Below, in pieces: positions 48,704-57,652 of a stretch of 64,000 nt of DNA. The translations under genes were made by a program, and so were the position numbers. Source of the stretch: a virus (lineage: Duplodnaviria > Caudoviricetes). The notes below the pieces were generated by a model that was given only the letters and a program-made list of their open reading frames with translations, was not told the DNA's origin and made no database searches. Every line of letters starts with the position of its first letter. Position 1 is the stretch's first letter. The stretch is from the IMG/VR virus record IMGVR_UViG_3300048606_000120, positions 45,518-109,517 of that record; one strand, 5' to 3'.

Positions 48704-50254
48704 ATGACGGCAGAAGCAGGGCTTGGGATCGCTGCGTTCTTGAAGCACAACAGCGACGCTGGCGGCGGCGGACAATGGCTTCGGCAGTGGCGCAAGAAGG
48801 GCGTCGGTGAGGTCACGATTTGGCTGCACACGCTAGCTCCGATCGTGCCGTGCTTCAGTCACTCGTTCATGTTCGAGGACGAGTACGAAGACAAGCAGAC
48901 CGGCAAAACGACGCCGACTCTTCGTTACCCGCGCTTCGTTAGTCCGGATGCTGAGATCGTTCACCGAAATCAGTACTTCCGGAACGACGACGGAACGATG
49001 CAAGTTCCTCCGGATCTAGACCCGTTCTTGCTGTTGCGTGAGTGGCTGCGTTTCGGCGCCGAGCACCTCAGTCTCGAAGAGCCGATTTTCAAGTGGCATG
49101 ACGCAAAAGAGCGGCGTGATGTCGTGTGGGAGCGCGGCGAGCTAAGTGGGCTGGTCAAGCGCGGTCAGAAGAACTTTGGGCATTCGCTCGACACAAAGCT
49201 TGAGTACATTTACGTCGTCGTCGACAACGATGCCGTGAGCGAAGGCCCTGTTTTGGCGCGTGAAGGGAAGCTCGTCAGCCAGAAGATTGGGGAAGTCATT
49301 AAGCAGCAACAGAAGCAGTGGGGCGACAAGCAAGGCGATCCGCTGCAGCACCCGTATGCATTCCAGCTAGTCGGCGAGGACGCGTCATCGCCGATGAACG
49401 CTTACAAAGCGTTCAAAGCAGAGCGGGCCGAGTTTACCGAAGAAGTTTGGGCGCAGATTTCGTGCGAAGACTTCCCAGATCCGTTGAAGCATGGGCAGCC
49501 GGTCGAAGGCGACATGGAGAAGCTTCGCGAGCTGTTCGAGCAAGCGGCGCAAGTGGAGCTGCCAATCGATCAGATCTTCTCGGACGATCCCGCAGTGCGA
49601 CGCGATCTGACGCGAAACACAGGCGGCAATCGGCCAGCGCCACGAGCATCGAAAGCGTCGGCGACAAAGGTTGCTGCTCCGACTCAAGCTCAGCGTCCTC
49701 CAGTTCCGCAGCGAGGCGGAAAGCCAGCGGCTGCAGCAGCTCCTCAGACGAACACTGGTGCGCCTCAGGTGCGCCGCAAGAAGGTCGATAAGCCGGCTGA
49801 GCCGCCGCCTCCAGAAGTGGAGGTCATTCCTTGCGCTGATTGTGGCAAGGACATGCTTGCAACAGACACGAAGTGTTCGTCGTGCGGCGCAGAGTACGAG
49901 CTGATCGTCGACGAAGCACAAGCGGCGGTTGCAGTACCAACGCTGCCGGCTGCGAATGCGAACGGGAAGCCGAGTACAAGCACGAAGCCAAAGTCGGCGG
50001 CAGCGCCTAAGCCGATTCCTGCAGCGTCGCCGTCCTCGAGGCAGCCGTCCTTGCCGCACACCGATTCGGCGCAAAAGGAAGTTGTAGCCAACTGCTGGTC
50101 GTGTGGAGCTTTGCTCAACGGCAAAGACAACTGCCCGTCGTGCGGCATCGAGCAAGGAGATGATCTTCCGTTCATTTTCAACGAGTGTGAAAGCCAACTC
50201 AGCGGCATCGGGGAGCGATGGAACTCCAAGCTCACTGCTCGTCAAATCATCTGA
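48704..50254 (+). CDS. putative ssDNA-binding protein with zinc ribbons
   Basis: Position before RecA, low-complexity linker, DDLPF motif near C-terminus. Confidence 0.55.
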   Translation: MTAEAGLGIAAFLKHNSDAGGGGQWLRQWRKKGVGEVTIWLHTLAPIVPCFSHSFMFEDEYEDKQTGKTTPTLRYPRFVSPDAEIVHRNQYFRNDDGTMQVPPDLDPFLLLREWLRFGAEHLSLEEPIFKWHDAKERRDVVWERGELSGLVKRGQKNFGHSLDTKLEYIYVVVDNDAVSEGPVLAREGKLVSQKIGEVIKQQQKQWGDKQGDPLQHPYAFQLVGEDASSPMNAYKAFKAERAEFTEEVWAQISCEDFPDPLKHGQPVEGDMEKLRELFEQAAQVELPIDQIFSDDPAVRRDLTRNTGGNRPAPRASKASATKVAAPTQAQRPPVPQRGGKPAAAAAPQTNTGAPQVRRKKVDKPAEPPPPEVEVIPCADCGKDMLATDTKCSSCGAEYELIVDEAQAAVAVPTLPAANANGKPSTSTKPKSAAAPKPIPAASPSSRQPSLPHTDSAQKEVVANCWSCGALLNGKDNCPSCGIEQGDDLPFIFNECESQLSGIGERWNSKLTARQII

Positions 50255-50255
50255 A

Positions 50256-51392
50256 ATGCCAAAGCTTCGAAAAAAAGTGGCAGCTGTAGCTGACCCTGTG
50301 GAGCGCGATGCTGTTCCGTTGCCGCTGCGTCGGGCTATGCCGCTTCCGAAGAACTGGCAGCGAGCCGATGAAGCTCTCGATAAGATCGAGTCAGTCTCGA
50401 CGATCTTCCCAGACTTCAATCGAGCAACGCGATGCGGCGGGCTGCCGGTCAATCGGATGCATACCGTACATGGACCTACACATGGGGGAAAGACCGCATT
50501 TGTTTTAGGCTTAGCGAAGAGCTTCCTCGACGGCGGTCATTCGGCTGCATACGTGGATGCCGAGCACGCTACCGCGCACGAGTTTGCCAGCGAGCTGCTC
50601 GGCGAGCTGAAGCAGCACGATCGTTTCTTCGGTCGAGTGCCAGCCACCTATGAAGAAACGATCGACGCGGTCGACGAGTTCCTCAAGATGATGACTGAGT
50701 TTCGGAAGGACTCGCCCGAGACAAAGTCGATCGTCTTGGTCGACTCGATCAATAAGCTCACGCCAGAGCGCGAGCTCAAGAACGTGTTGAAGAGTGGCGG
50801 CGAGGAGGTCAGCAAAGGTCATGCTGGTCGCTATCGAGCTGCGGTCAATAAGTCATGGCTCGATCACCTGTCTCCTCGGCTCAAAGCAGCTGGCTGCGCG
50901 ATGGTGTTCATTGCTCAAGAGCGGGAAGGCTCAGACGACAAGCCTTGGGATGCCGACGGTGGCGTGGAGATCAAAGGCGGCGAGGCACTGTCGTACGACG
51001 CTTCGTTGCTCATCCGCGTCAGCAAGGCTTTTCCGATGCGCGATCCTTCGACCGCGGCAAAGGATTACCCAAAGGGGAAGATCATCGGCTTCCAGCATCG
51101 CGTGCGCATCTACAAATCGAAGGTCTCCCACATGGATGGAGCTTTCACCGACTGTGTTTACCACTTCAGCAATGGCACGCAGACGCCGCCCGGGTTCGAC
51201 TTGCAACGTGATGCGATCTACGTAGCGAAGGAGCTTGGGCTCGTGCAGGTGAACGGCTCGTGGCTGAGCTGGAAGAAGCATCGATGGCAGGGCGAGATGA
51301 AGGCCGCTCAGTGGCTCGCTGAAAACCAACTTGCTTTGTTCGGCATGGTGAAAGAAGTCGAAGAGCGCTTGGCCGCTGATCGGAAGCGATGA
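50256..51392 (+). CDS. recA: RecA/UvsX-like recombinase
   Basis: GGLP, GPTHGGKT, YVDAEH, LVDS, IAQER, GG.AL.Y.A. Confidence 0.92.
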   Translation: MPKLRKKVAAVADPVERDAVPLPLRRAMPLPKNWQRADEALDKIESVSTIFPDFNRATRCGGLPVNRMHTVHGPTHGGKTAFVLGLAKSFLDGGHSAAYVDAEHATAHEFASELLGELKQHDRFFGRVPATYEETIDAVDEFLKMMTEFRKDSPETKSIVLVDSINKLTPERELKNVLKSGGEEVSKGHAGRYRAAVNKSWLDHLSPRLKAAGCAMVFIAQEREGSDDKPWDADGGVEIKGGEALSYDASLLIRVSKAFPMRDPSTAAKDYPKGKIIGFQHRVRIYKSKVSHMDGAFTDCVYHFSNGTQTPPGFDLQRDAIYVAKELGLVQVNGSWLSWKKHRWQGEMKAAQWLAENQLALFGMVKEVEERLAADRKR

Positions 51393-52147
51393 GGATCCTC
51401 ATTTTCAGCGACATTCACCTCGATGCGGTGACTGCTGGCAATCCGCGCAAGCAGGAAGTGGTGGAGTTCCTCCGGCACGTGCAGCAAGCAGCTACCGCCC
51501 ATGAAGTCGATCTCGTCATCTTCAGCGGCGACGCGCACGACTCGGGATGGCTGCTCGATCCGCTCTATACAGCCGAGCTGATCTGGGGTTTGTTGTCGTT
51601 CAAGCAAGATGTCATCGCGGTCGCAGGAAATCACGATGTTGTCGACACGTCCGAGCTCTTCGACGGTGAGCCGGTCACGACGCTTACGCCGTTGCGGGTT
51701 GCCAGCAAGTTCACGCCGCAGCTTCAGCGCCGATGCTTCGTTGCCGATCGTCCCAAGCTCGTGAAGATCTCGGCTAAGTGGGCAGTGCTTTGTCTGCCGT
51801 ACGTGTCGAGAGTTCACAGCAAGGTGAGCGGGGAGTGGCTCGAGCACGCGGTTGTTGAGGCGGCAGAGTTTGGGCAAGGCGGCGGCAAGCTGATCGTTGT
51901 CGGGCATCGCGTCGTGCCTGGCGCCGTGATGGGCAGCGAGTCGGCCGAGATGGCGAAGGGACAAGACCAGATGTTTCCGTTCGCAGAAGTCGCTCAGCTG
52001 CAGCCAGCTGTCGTGATCAACGGCCACTACCACGCGCGTCAGGTCGTGCGGGTAGAAGGGCTGGAGGTGAACATTCCAGGCGCGCCGTTGCAGTTCACTT
52101 TCGGTGAGACCGAGGAGCCAAAAGGCGTCACGGTGATGCAGCTATGA
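51389..52147 (+). CDS. sbcD: SbcD/Mre11-like metallophosphoesterase nuclease
   Basis: SDIH, GD, GNHD, GHYH. Confidence 0.88.
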   Translation: MRILIFSDIHLDAVTAGNPRKQEVVEFLRHVQQAATAHEVDLVIFSGDAHDSGWLLDPLYTAELIWGLLSFKQDVIAVAGNHDVVDTSELFDGEPVTTLTPLRVASKFTPQLQRRCFVADRPKLVKISAKWAVLCLPYVSRVHSKVSGEWLEHAVVEAAEFGQGGGKLIVVGHRVVPGAVMGSESAEMAKGQDQMFPFAEVAQLQPAVVINGHYHARQVVRVEGLEVNIPGAPLQFTFGETEEPKGVTVMQL

Positions 52148-52539
52148 GGATTCGGACCAAGCGGCTAGACAGCCAAGCTGCTCAGTTCATCGATTTCGAC
52201 CACCCAGCGATGGTCATCCTACGTGAGATCGATGGAACCCACATTGTCAGCGGGGCTTACGTGAAGTTCGCTCCGACGGTGCGAGCGTCCGAGCGAGCGG
52301 CGATTGACGCTAAGGCCATTCGCGAGCGCCTGCTGGCTGCTGGTGCCGTCGCGGTCGTAGTGGCTCCGGTCATAGTGCCAGACTCGATCAAAGGCCGGCA
52401 GCAGCCCGACAAGCCGGCTGTGCTGGATTCTGAGATGTACCTGCGGGAGTGGTTCGCTCTTGTGCGTGGGCTGCCGCAAGACGTGGTTGAGTTGGCTATG
52501 CCGGAAGCGCTTGCGAGCGTGCGGGAAGCCGGGCTGTGA
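52144..52539 (+). CDS. hypothetical protein (possible split SbcD C-terminal part)
   Basis: Coupled between SbcD and SbcC. Confidence 0.55.
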   Translation: MRIRTKRLDSQAAQFIDFDHPAMVILREIDGTHIVSGAYVKFAPTVRASERAAIDAKAIRERLLAAGAVAVVVAPVIVPDSIKGRQQPDKPAVLDSEMYLREWFALVRGLPQDVVELAMPEALASVREAGL

Positions 52540-54482
52540 GGATTGAGTGGCTGGAGATCGAGGGGTGGATGCCCTTTGCCGAATGGTTCCGGCTGAACCT
52601 GCCGGCAGGGCCGATCGCGGTCATCGGTTCGCACAGCGGCGATCCTCGACGCAGCAACCGTGCCGGCAAGACGGCGCTGCTCGAAGCGATCACGTGGTGC
52701 CTGTACGGCGAGCACCGCAAGCGGCTCGATGACGACGTCATCCACAAGCAGTGCTCGTTCTGCAAAGTGTCGATTGGCCTGGGGAGCCGGAAATCAGACT
52801 CGTCGTACCTCATGGTCGAGCGCTCCCGCACGCGAAGCAGCAGCACAAAGCTCGTGGTGTCGACGATGACCGAAGAGTTCGTCGGCGACGCGGCGCAAAA
52901 CGCAATCGTGCGGGCGGTCGGCATTGGCTTCGACGACTACACCGCGACGAGGTGCTTTCGGCAGGGCGAAGTGGCGGACATCATCGATCGCAGCCCAAGT
53001 GAGCGGCTTTCGTTGGTGAGCGAGTGGTTGCAACAGAGCCGCTGGTTCATCGCCAAGAAGCTGCAAGCCGCCAAGTCGAACGCCGCTGACGCAAAGCTTG
53101 CCGAGGATCGTGCCGCGCTCGCGACAGCTGCCGGCTACCTCTTGGCCGAGCCCGATCGTGAGGCAGCTGAGAATGAGCTCGCGCTGGCGTTTCGGGGAGT
53201 TGTTGATGACGAAGCCGAGATCACAGAGCTGTCAGCTAAGCTGATGCAGCTGGCCGAAGCAGAAGCGCAGCGCTCTCAGCATGTCGAGATGAAGCAGCTG
53301 CGCGTTCAAGCCGCTGACTTGCGAAAGCAGTTGGTCGGGCGAGTCAACGCTAGCCAGCGAAAGGCTCAAGCCGGCCAAAACCTCGCCGACAAGCAAGAGG
53401 CTGTTCAAGCTGCGAAAGTGGCCGTAGACAAGCTCGTGCAGGTCCGGCGAGCCGGCTTCGACGGGATCTGTCCGGTCACTTGCGAGGCATGTCCTGTGGC
53501 GGAGGAGGTGACGGCAGCCGCCAGGGCCGCGAACGAGCTGCTGAGCGTGCGCACCGCTGCTCACGAAGCAGCAGCAAAGCAGATGCCTCCTGCAATGCTT
53601 GAGGCAGCCGCGGCGAACTCAGAGGTGATCGCTCTCGATCGAGTTGCTGCTCGCTACCAGCAAGTCGTCGAGCGCGGCAAAGAGCTAGCCGCGACGCTTC
53701 CGCCGCTGAGCGATGAGGAGGTCCCCTCGGCTGAGCCGCTCAAGCAGCGTCTCGAAGAGCTGCGGCAGCGCTCCTCGGAGATGTCCAGGCGCGTCGGCGA
53801 GCTCGAGAGCATGCTCGCTGCCGCGACGTGGAATAACGCCCGTCACGCCCAGCTGCAGGCTGCTGAGCGGGAGTCGGATCGAGCGGCGCTCGTCAGCCGC
53901 TTGGCGCTGCGGGCCATCTCCAGCGTGCCAGCACGCATCGCCGCCGAGCAGCTCGACGAGTTGGAGCTTGAGGCGAATCAGCTGCTCGAAGGAACCGGCG
54001 TGAGCCTGCGGTTCTCGTGGACGCGCGAGCTCGGCAACAAGTCGCCCGTCTGCGAGGAGTGCGGCTACGTCTACCCGAGCAAGCGCGGCGACACGTGCCC
54101 GACCTGCAGCGCCGTTCGCGGTAAGAAGCGGGCTCAGGAACTCGAGATCCTGTGCGATGACGGCTCGGGCGTCGAGGAGGACGTGCGCTTCAACAGCGGC
54201 GGCACGCGAGCGATCGTTGGCTCAGCAATCCGGCTCGCTGCTTCGGCGATGCTGACTCGGCTCAGGTCTTCGCGATCAGCCTGGGCGATCGTCGACGAGC
54301 CGTTCGGTTCGCTGGACGTCGAGAACCGGGAGCAGCTCGCCCGCACGTTCGCTGGCATGCTCGGCAGCGTCGGGCTGGAGCAAGCCCTCATCGTGTCACA
54401 CGACCCTGCGCTGCTTACCGCGTTGCCCAACCGGATCGTAGTCGACAAAGATGGCGCCGCCTCCACAGCGAGGGTCGAGTGA
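52536..54482 (+). CDS. sbcC: SbcC/Rad50 SMC-like ATPase
   Basis: NRAGKT, Q-loop, coiled coil with Cys hook, SGG, IVDEPFGSLD, VSHD. Confidence 0.9.
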   Translation: MRIEWLEIEGWMPFAEWFRLNLPAGPIAVIGSHSGDPRRSNRAGKTALLEAITWCLYGEHRKRLDDDVIHKQCSFCKVSIGLGSRKSDSSYLMVERSRTRSSSTKLVVSTMTEEFVGDAAQNAIVRAVGIGFDDYTATRCFRQGEVADIIDRSPSERLSLVSEWLQQSRWFIAKKLQAAKSNAADAKLAEDRAALATAAGYLLAEPDREAAENELALAFRGVVDDEAEITELSAKLMQLAEAEAQRSQHVEMKQLRVQAADLRKQLVGRVNASQRKAQAGQNLADKQEAVQAAKVAVDKLVQVRRAGFDGICPVTCEACPVAEEVTAAARAANELLSVRTAAHEAAAKQMPPAMLEAAAANSEVIALDRVAARYQQVVERGKELAATLPPLSDEEVPSAEPLKQRLEELRQRSSEMSRRVGELESMLAAATWNNARHAQLQAAERESDRAALVSRLALRAISSVPARIAAEQLDELELEANQLLEGTGVSLRFSWTRELGNKSPVCEECGYVYPSKRGDTCPTCSAVRGKKRAQELEILCDDGSGVEEDVRFNSGGTRAIVGSAIRLAASAMLTRLRSSRSAWAIVDEPFGSLDVENREQLARTFAGMLGSVGLEQALIVSHDPALLTALPNRIVVDKDGAASTARVE

Positions 54483-55216
54483 CTGAGGTGATCGGGCTGG
54501 ATGTCTCGCTGAGAGGCCTCGGAGTCTGCATCGTGAACGGCGATCCGAGGCAGAAGGTGGGCGATGGGCTCGACTTCGATTCGGCCTTGTTCCGAGCTGG
54601 CGAAGACGTCGATGGACCGCGTCGGCTGTCGGTCGTGTCGAACGCAGTTTGGTCTTGGCTCGATGCTCGCGACGTTGTTGGTCCAGGTAGGGTCTACGTG
54701 ATGGAGGGCTACGGGTTCGCGTCGCAGCAAGCGCACTCGCTTGGCGAGATCGGCGGCTGCATTCGAAAGATGATCTGGGAGAGCGGCGGTAATCTCGTGG
54801 TCATTCCGCCGGCAACTTTGAAGAGGTTCCTCACGGGTAAAGGGACCGGCGACAAGAACATCGTGATGAAGTGGTTGTTCAAGCGGTGGGGATTCGACGA
54901 GGACGAGGACAATCAGTGCGACGCGTTCGGCTGCGCGGTGGTCGGGCTGATCGATCTCCATGAAGACGATTGGTCAAAGATGGAGCACGACATCCTCACG
55001 AAGAAGGTGGAGCGGTATGCGGGTCAGGGTCAAAAGGATTGGCACGGCGGAGGTTCGACCCGGAAGGTGGCAGGACGTTCTGGCAGACGAGCGCGCGGAC
55101 GTGCTGATCTCGGATCCGCCCTACTCAAAGAAGACGTGCAAGGGACACAACGCGGGCGACGAGATGGTTCGCGACGGGGTGCAGCGCCGAAAGATTGGTT
55201 ACCAGGCGTGGAGTGA
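54479..55216 (+). CDS. RuvC-like Holliday junction resolvase
   Basis: IGLDVS, MEGY, LKRFLTGKG..DK, NQCDA. Confidence 0.85.
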   Translation: MTEVIGLDVSLRGLGVCIVNGDPRQKVGDGLDFDSALFRAGEDVDGPRRLSVVSNAVWSWLDARDVVGPGRVYVMEGYGFASQQAHSLGEIGGCIRKMIWESGGNLVVIPPATLKRFLTGKGTGDKNIVMKWLFKRWGFDEDEDNQCDAFGCAVVGLIDLHEDDWSKMEHDILTKKVERYAGQGQKDWHGGGSTRKVAGRSGRRARGRADLGSALLKEDVQGTQRGRRDGSRRGAAPKDWLPGVE

Positions 55217-55802
55217 GCCCGACGTCGTCGAGTTCGTCGAGTCGTGGTCGCCGCGCATTCGGGGTTGGTTCGTTGTGTTCACCGATCACAAGCTCATGCC
55301 GTTCTATGAGCGCGAGCTGGAGAACGCCGGTCGGCTCGTGTTCGCGTCGTTGCCGTATGTCGAACCCGGCATGACGGTGCGACGGCAGGGCGACGGGCAT
55401 TCGAGTTGGACGAGCTACGTGATCGCAGCTCGTCCACGTACTCGCGAGTTTTTGCGTTGGGGCACGCTGCGCGGCGCGTATATCTTGCCGCCGGGGCACA
55501 AGGAGAAGCGGTTGATTATGGGTCAGAAGACCCAATGGGTGATGCGAGAGGTAATCAAGGACCATAGTCGTTCGGGCGATTTGATCGTTGACCCGTGCTG
55601 CGGATCGGGCAGCACGCTGGTAGCAGCTGTAGGGTTGGGGCGAAATGCACTCGGTGCAGATGGGGATCAGCGTGCAATCGACATCGTCAGAACGAGGTTA
55701 CCCAATGGGATGCGTGCTGATGGCGGACGTAGTCGCGTTCGCCAAGAAGTGGTTGGAGGCGGGTTCGCAAGTCGTTCAGTTCTGGGCGACGTGGGAGGGT
55801 AA
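55017..55802 (+). CDS. N6A/N4C DNA methyltransferase (beta class)
   Basis: DPPY before DPCCGSGST; GGAG RBS before ATG 55017. Confidence 0.88.
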   Translation: MRVRVKRIGTAEVRPGRWQDVLADERADVLISDPPYSKKTCKGHNAGDEMVRDGVQRRKIGYQAWSEPDVVEFVESWSPRIRGWFVVFTDHKLMPFYERELENAGRLVFASLPYVEPGMTVRRQGDGHSSWTSYVIAARPRTREFLRWGTLRGAYILPPGHKEKRLIMGQKTQWVMREVIKDHSRSGDLIVDPCCGSGSTLVAAVGLGRNALGADGDQRAIDIVRTRLPNGMRADGGRSRVRQEVVGGGFASRSVLGDVGG

Positions 55803-56127
55803 GGCGGGGGAGTTCTTCGAGGTGGGCCGCTCTGGGAAACCGCTCATTGAGGCGGATTCTGATGTGTTGCACGGGGTGATGACAGTCGTTTGTTGCGTGT
55901 GCTTTGGTGACGCGAGCGAGGTGAAAGCTGGCATGCGGGTAGCGACTCCGCGCGTGCTGTCGATCTGCTCAACGTTGCTCAGTCACCTGCAGCAGTTCGC
56001 AGTGGTGATCGAAGCAGAGACGCGGTTTCGGGCGAGAGAGCTTGCGACCGATTGGTCGTTGTATTCACAAAACGGAAAGATGGTAGTGCGGTCCGAATTT
56101 CGCCGCACAGGGGAGACAGAACATTGA
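55720..56127 (+). CDS. hypothetical protein
   Basis: ATG 55720, co-directional. Confidence 0.55.
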   Translation: MADVVAFAKKWLEAGSQVVQFWATWEGKAGEFFEVGRSGKPLIEADSDVLHGVMTVVCCVCFGDASEVKAGMRVATPRVLSICSTLLSHLQQFAVVIEAETRFRARELATDWSLYSQNGKMVVRSEFRRTGETEH

Positions 56128-56726
56128 AGCCAGTGATGCCTGAGAAATACGTCGATGGTGTGCAGGTTGAAGAGGGCGGGAAGCTGTCGGCCCATGACAT
56201 CCTTGCGCAGCATGTCACGAACGTCTCGCCTGTGACCGCGAAGGCGATCGCACGAGCGCTCCAAGAGCATGAGGATTCGCAAGCGCTGCAGGAGGAGAAC
56301 GAACGGCTCAGGCAAGAGCTGAGCATCGCCCACGAAGGTCTCGGGTCGATGGAGTGGAACGAAGCTGCTTGGAAGGACTTCCTCGACGCAGGAAAGCTGC
56401 GCGATGAGCTGGCCCGCGTGAGTTTGGAGCGGGACAAGTGGAAGCGGGAAGCCGAAGAGGCTCGCCCGTCCAAGAACGACCTGATCGAGGCGCTGAACTC
56501 TGTGACTGATCTGAGGTACGCAATCGAGCTGCTGGAGACGTTTGCTCGAATGGCAACGACAGCAGCGGCACGACTGGAGCAGGTCCAAGTGGTGCCGCCA
56601 AAAGAGTCGTGGCGCCCGCCCTCGTCGAATCCGCCGGCTCCTGCTCTTACTCGGGCGTCGACTCGCCCATCAGCTCGATCGTCGTCACATCCGCCCAAAG
56701 TCGAGACTCACACGAACGGGACTTGA
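56124..56726 (+). CDS. coiled-coil hypothetical protein
   Basis: GGGAG RBS, coupled start. Confidence 0.6.
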   Translation: MKPVMPEKYVDGVQVEEGGKLSAHDILAQHVTNVSPVTAKAIARALQEHEDSQALQEENERLRQELSIAHEGLGSMEWNEAAWKDFLDAGKLRDELARVSLERDKWKREAEEARPSKNDLIEALNSVTDLRYAIELLETFARMATTAAARLEQVQVVPPKESWRPPSSNPPAPALTRASTRPSARSSSHPPKVETHTNGT

Positions 56727-56729
56727 GGA

Positions 56730-57086
56730 ATGGCAGAAGTAGCGGCTGTGTTCATCGCGCAAGGCTGGTCAGATCAGACGTTCATGAGGATGTGGGTGAA
56801 GATGTTGGTGAAGAAGCCGACCATGGTTCTTGCGACAGACGACGTCACGGATGGCAACTCGGTGCTCTTGAGGCAGCTCAGGTGTTCGGGCATCGTGGCC
56901 GCGGTGGTTCGGATTCCAGGAGTCATGCGATCTGCAGTCGAGCTTGCGCGGGCTCGACTGCAGCGAGACTCAGCGATGGCCGAGCTTGCCACGGTGATCT
57001 ACGACTTCGGCGAGATGCCGGGAGGAGTGGAGCGGTTCGCCGGCAAGCAGACGATCGTCGTGGAGCGGCTGTCGGGCAAGTTGTAA
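56730..57086 (+). CDS. hypothetical protein, possibly degenerate SLOG/YspA-like
   Basis: RDSAMAELATVIYDF resembles RN..M...A..+IAF. Confidence 0.4.
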   Translation: MAEVAAVFIAQGWSDQTFMRMWVKMLVKKPTMVLATDDVTDGNSVLLRQLRCSGIVAAVVRIPGVMRSAVELARARLQRDSAMAELATVIYDFGEMPGGVERFAGKQTIVVERLSGKL

Positions 57087-57102
57087 CCTCGAGGTTACAA
57101 CT
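57079..57102. promoter_or_regulatory. conserved palindrome copy 8
   Basis: Perfect 24-bp copy overlapping the TAA of 56730-57086. Confidence 0.85.
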
Positions 57103-57134
57103 CAATGTGCGGTCTCAACTCATAGGGTGCGACC

Positions 57135-57458
57135 TTGATCGGCCAGCTGACACCAGCTCTCGAGCACTGCCGAGTGTTGCGTGAGATTTACGTCGCAGGA
57201 GTCTCTCATTGGTCCGCACAGCAGCTTGCAGCGTTGGACGCTGCTCAGGTTGCCTTGGTTGATCAGGACGAGCTGCAAGCGGAGCTGGAGCGCCTCAAGC
57301 GGCTTGTCGGCCAGCAGAGCACCGTGCCGCCAGACCCTGAGCCGTGGGGCGCCAGTAACGCCGAGATTCACTCCAAGGCAGAGTCGCTTGCAGAGCTGGA
57401 GGAGCTCAAGAGTCGAGTGCATTTGGCGATCTCGATCTTGGAGGCAGTGTGCAGGTAG
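57135..57458 (+). CDS. hypothetical protein
   Basis: 107-aa ORF. Confidence 0.55.
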   Translation: MIGQLTPALEHCRVLREIYVAGVSHWSAQQLAALDAAQVALVDQDELQAELERLKRLVGQQSTVPPDPEPWGASNAEIHSKAESLAELEELKSRVHLAISILEAVCR

Positions 57459-57652
57459 CGATTCCGTGTCCCAGGTGTGGGGCTGCTCCTGAGATTATGC
57501 AGGACTCAGTCGGCTTGAGCGCCAGCGCTTGGGTGATCTGGTGCGCCCACTGCGAGGCTGCGGCCAAAGCAGCGTCTCAGCGGATTTTCATGGCGAGGGC
57601 GTTGTCGGTCGACCGAGTGATCAAGCTTTGGAACGAGCAGAAGCTCTCATGA
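57449..57652 (+). CDS. Lar-like zinc-finger protein
   Basis: CPRCG...CAHC...IKLWN. Confidence 0.6.
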   Translation: MQVAIPCPRCGAAPEIMQDSVGLSASAWVIWCAHCEAAAKAASQRIFMARALSVDRVIKLWNEQKLS

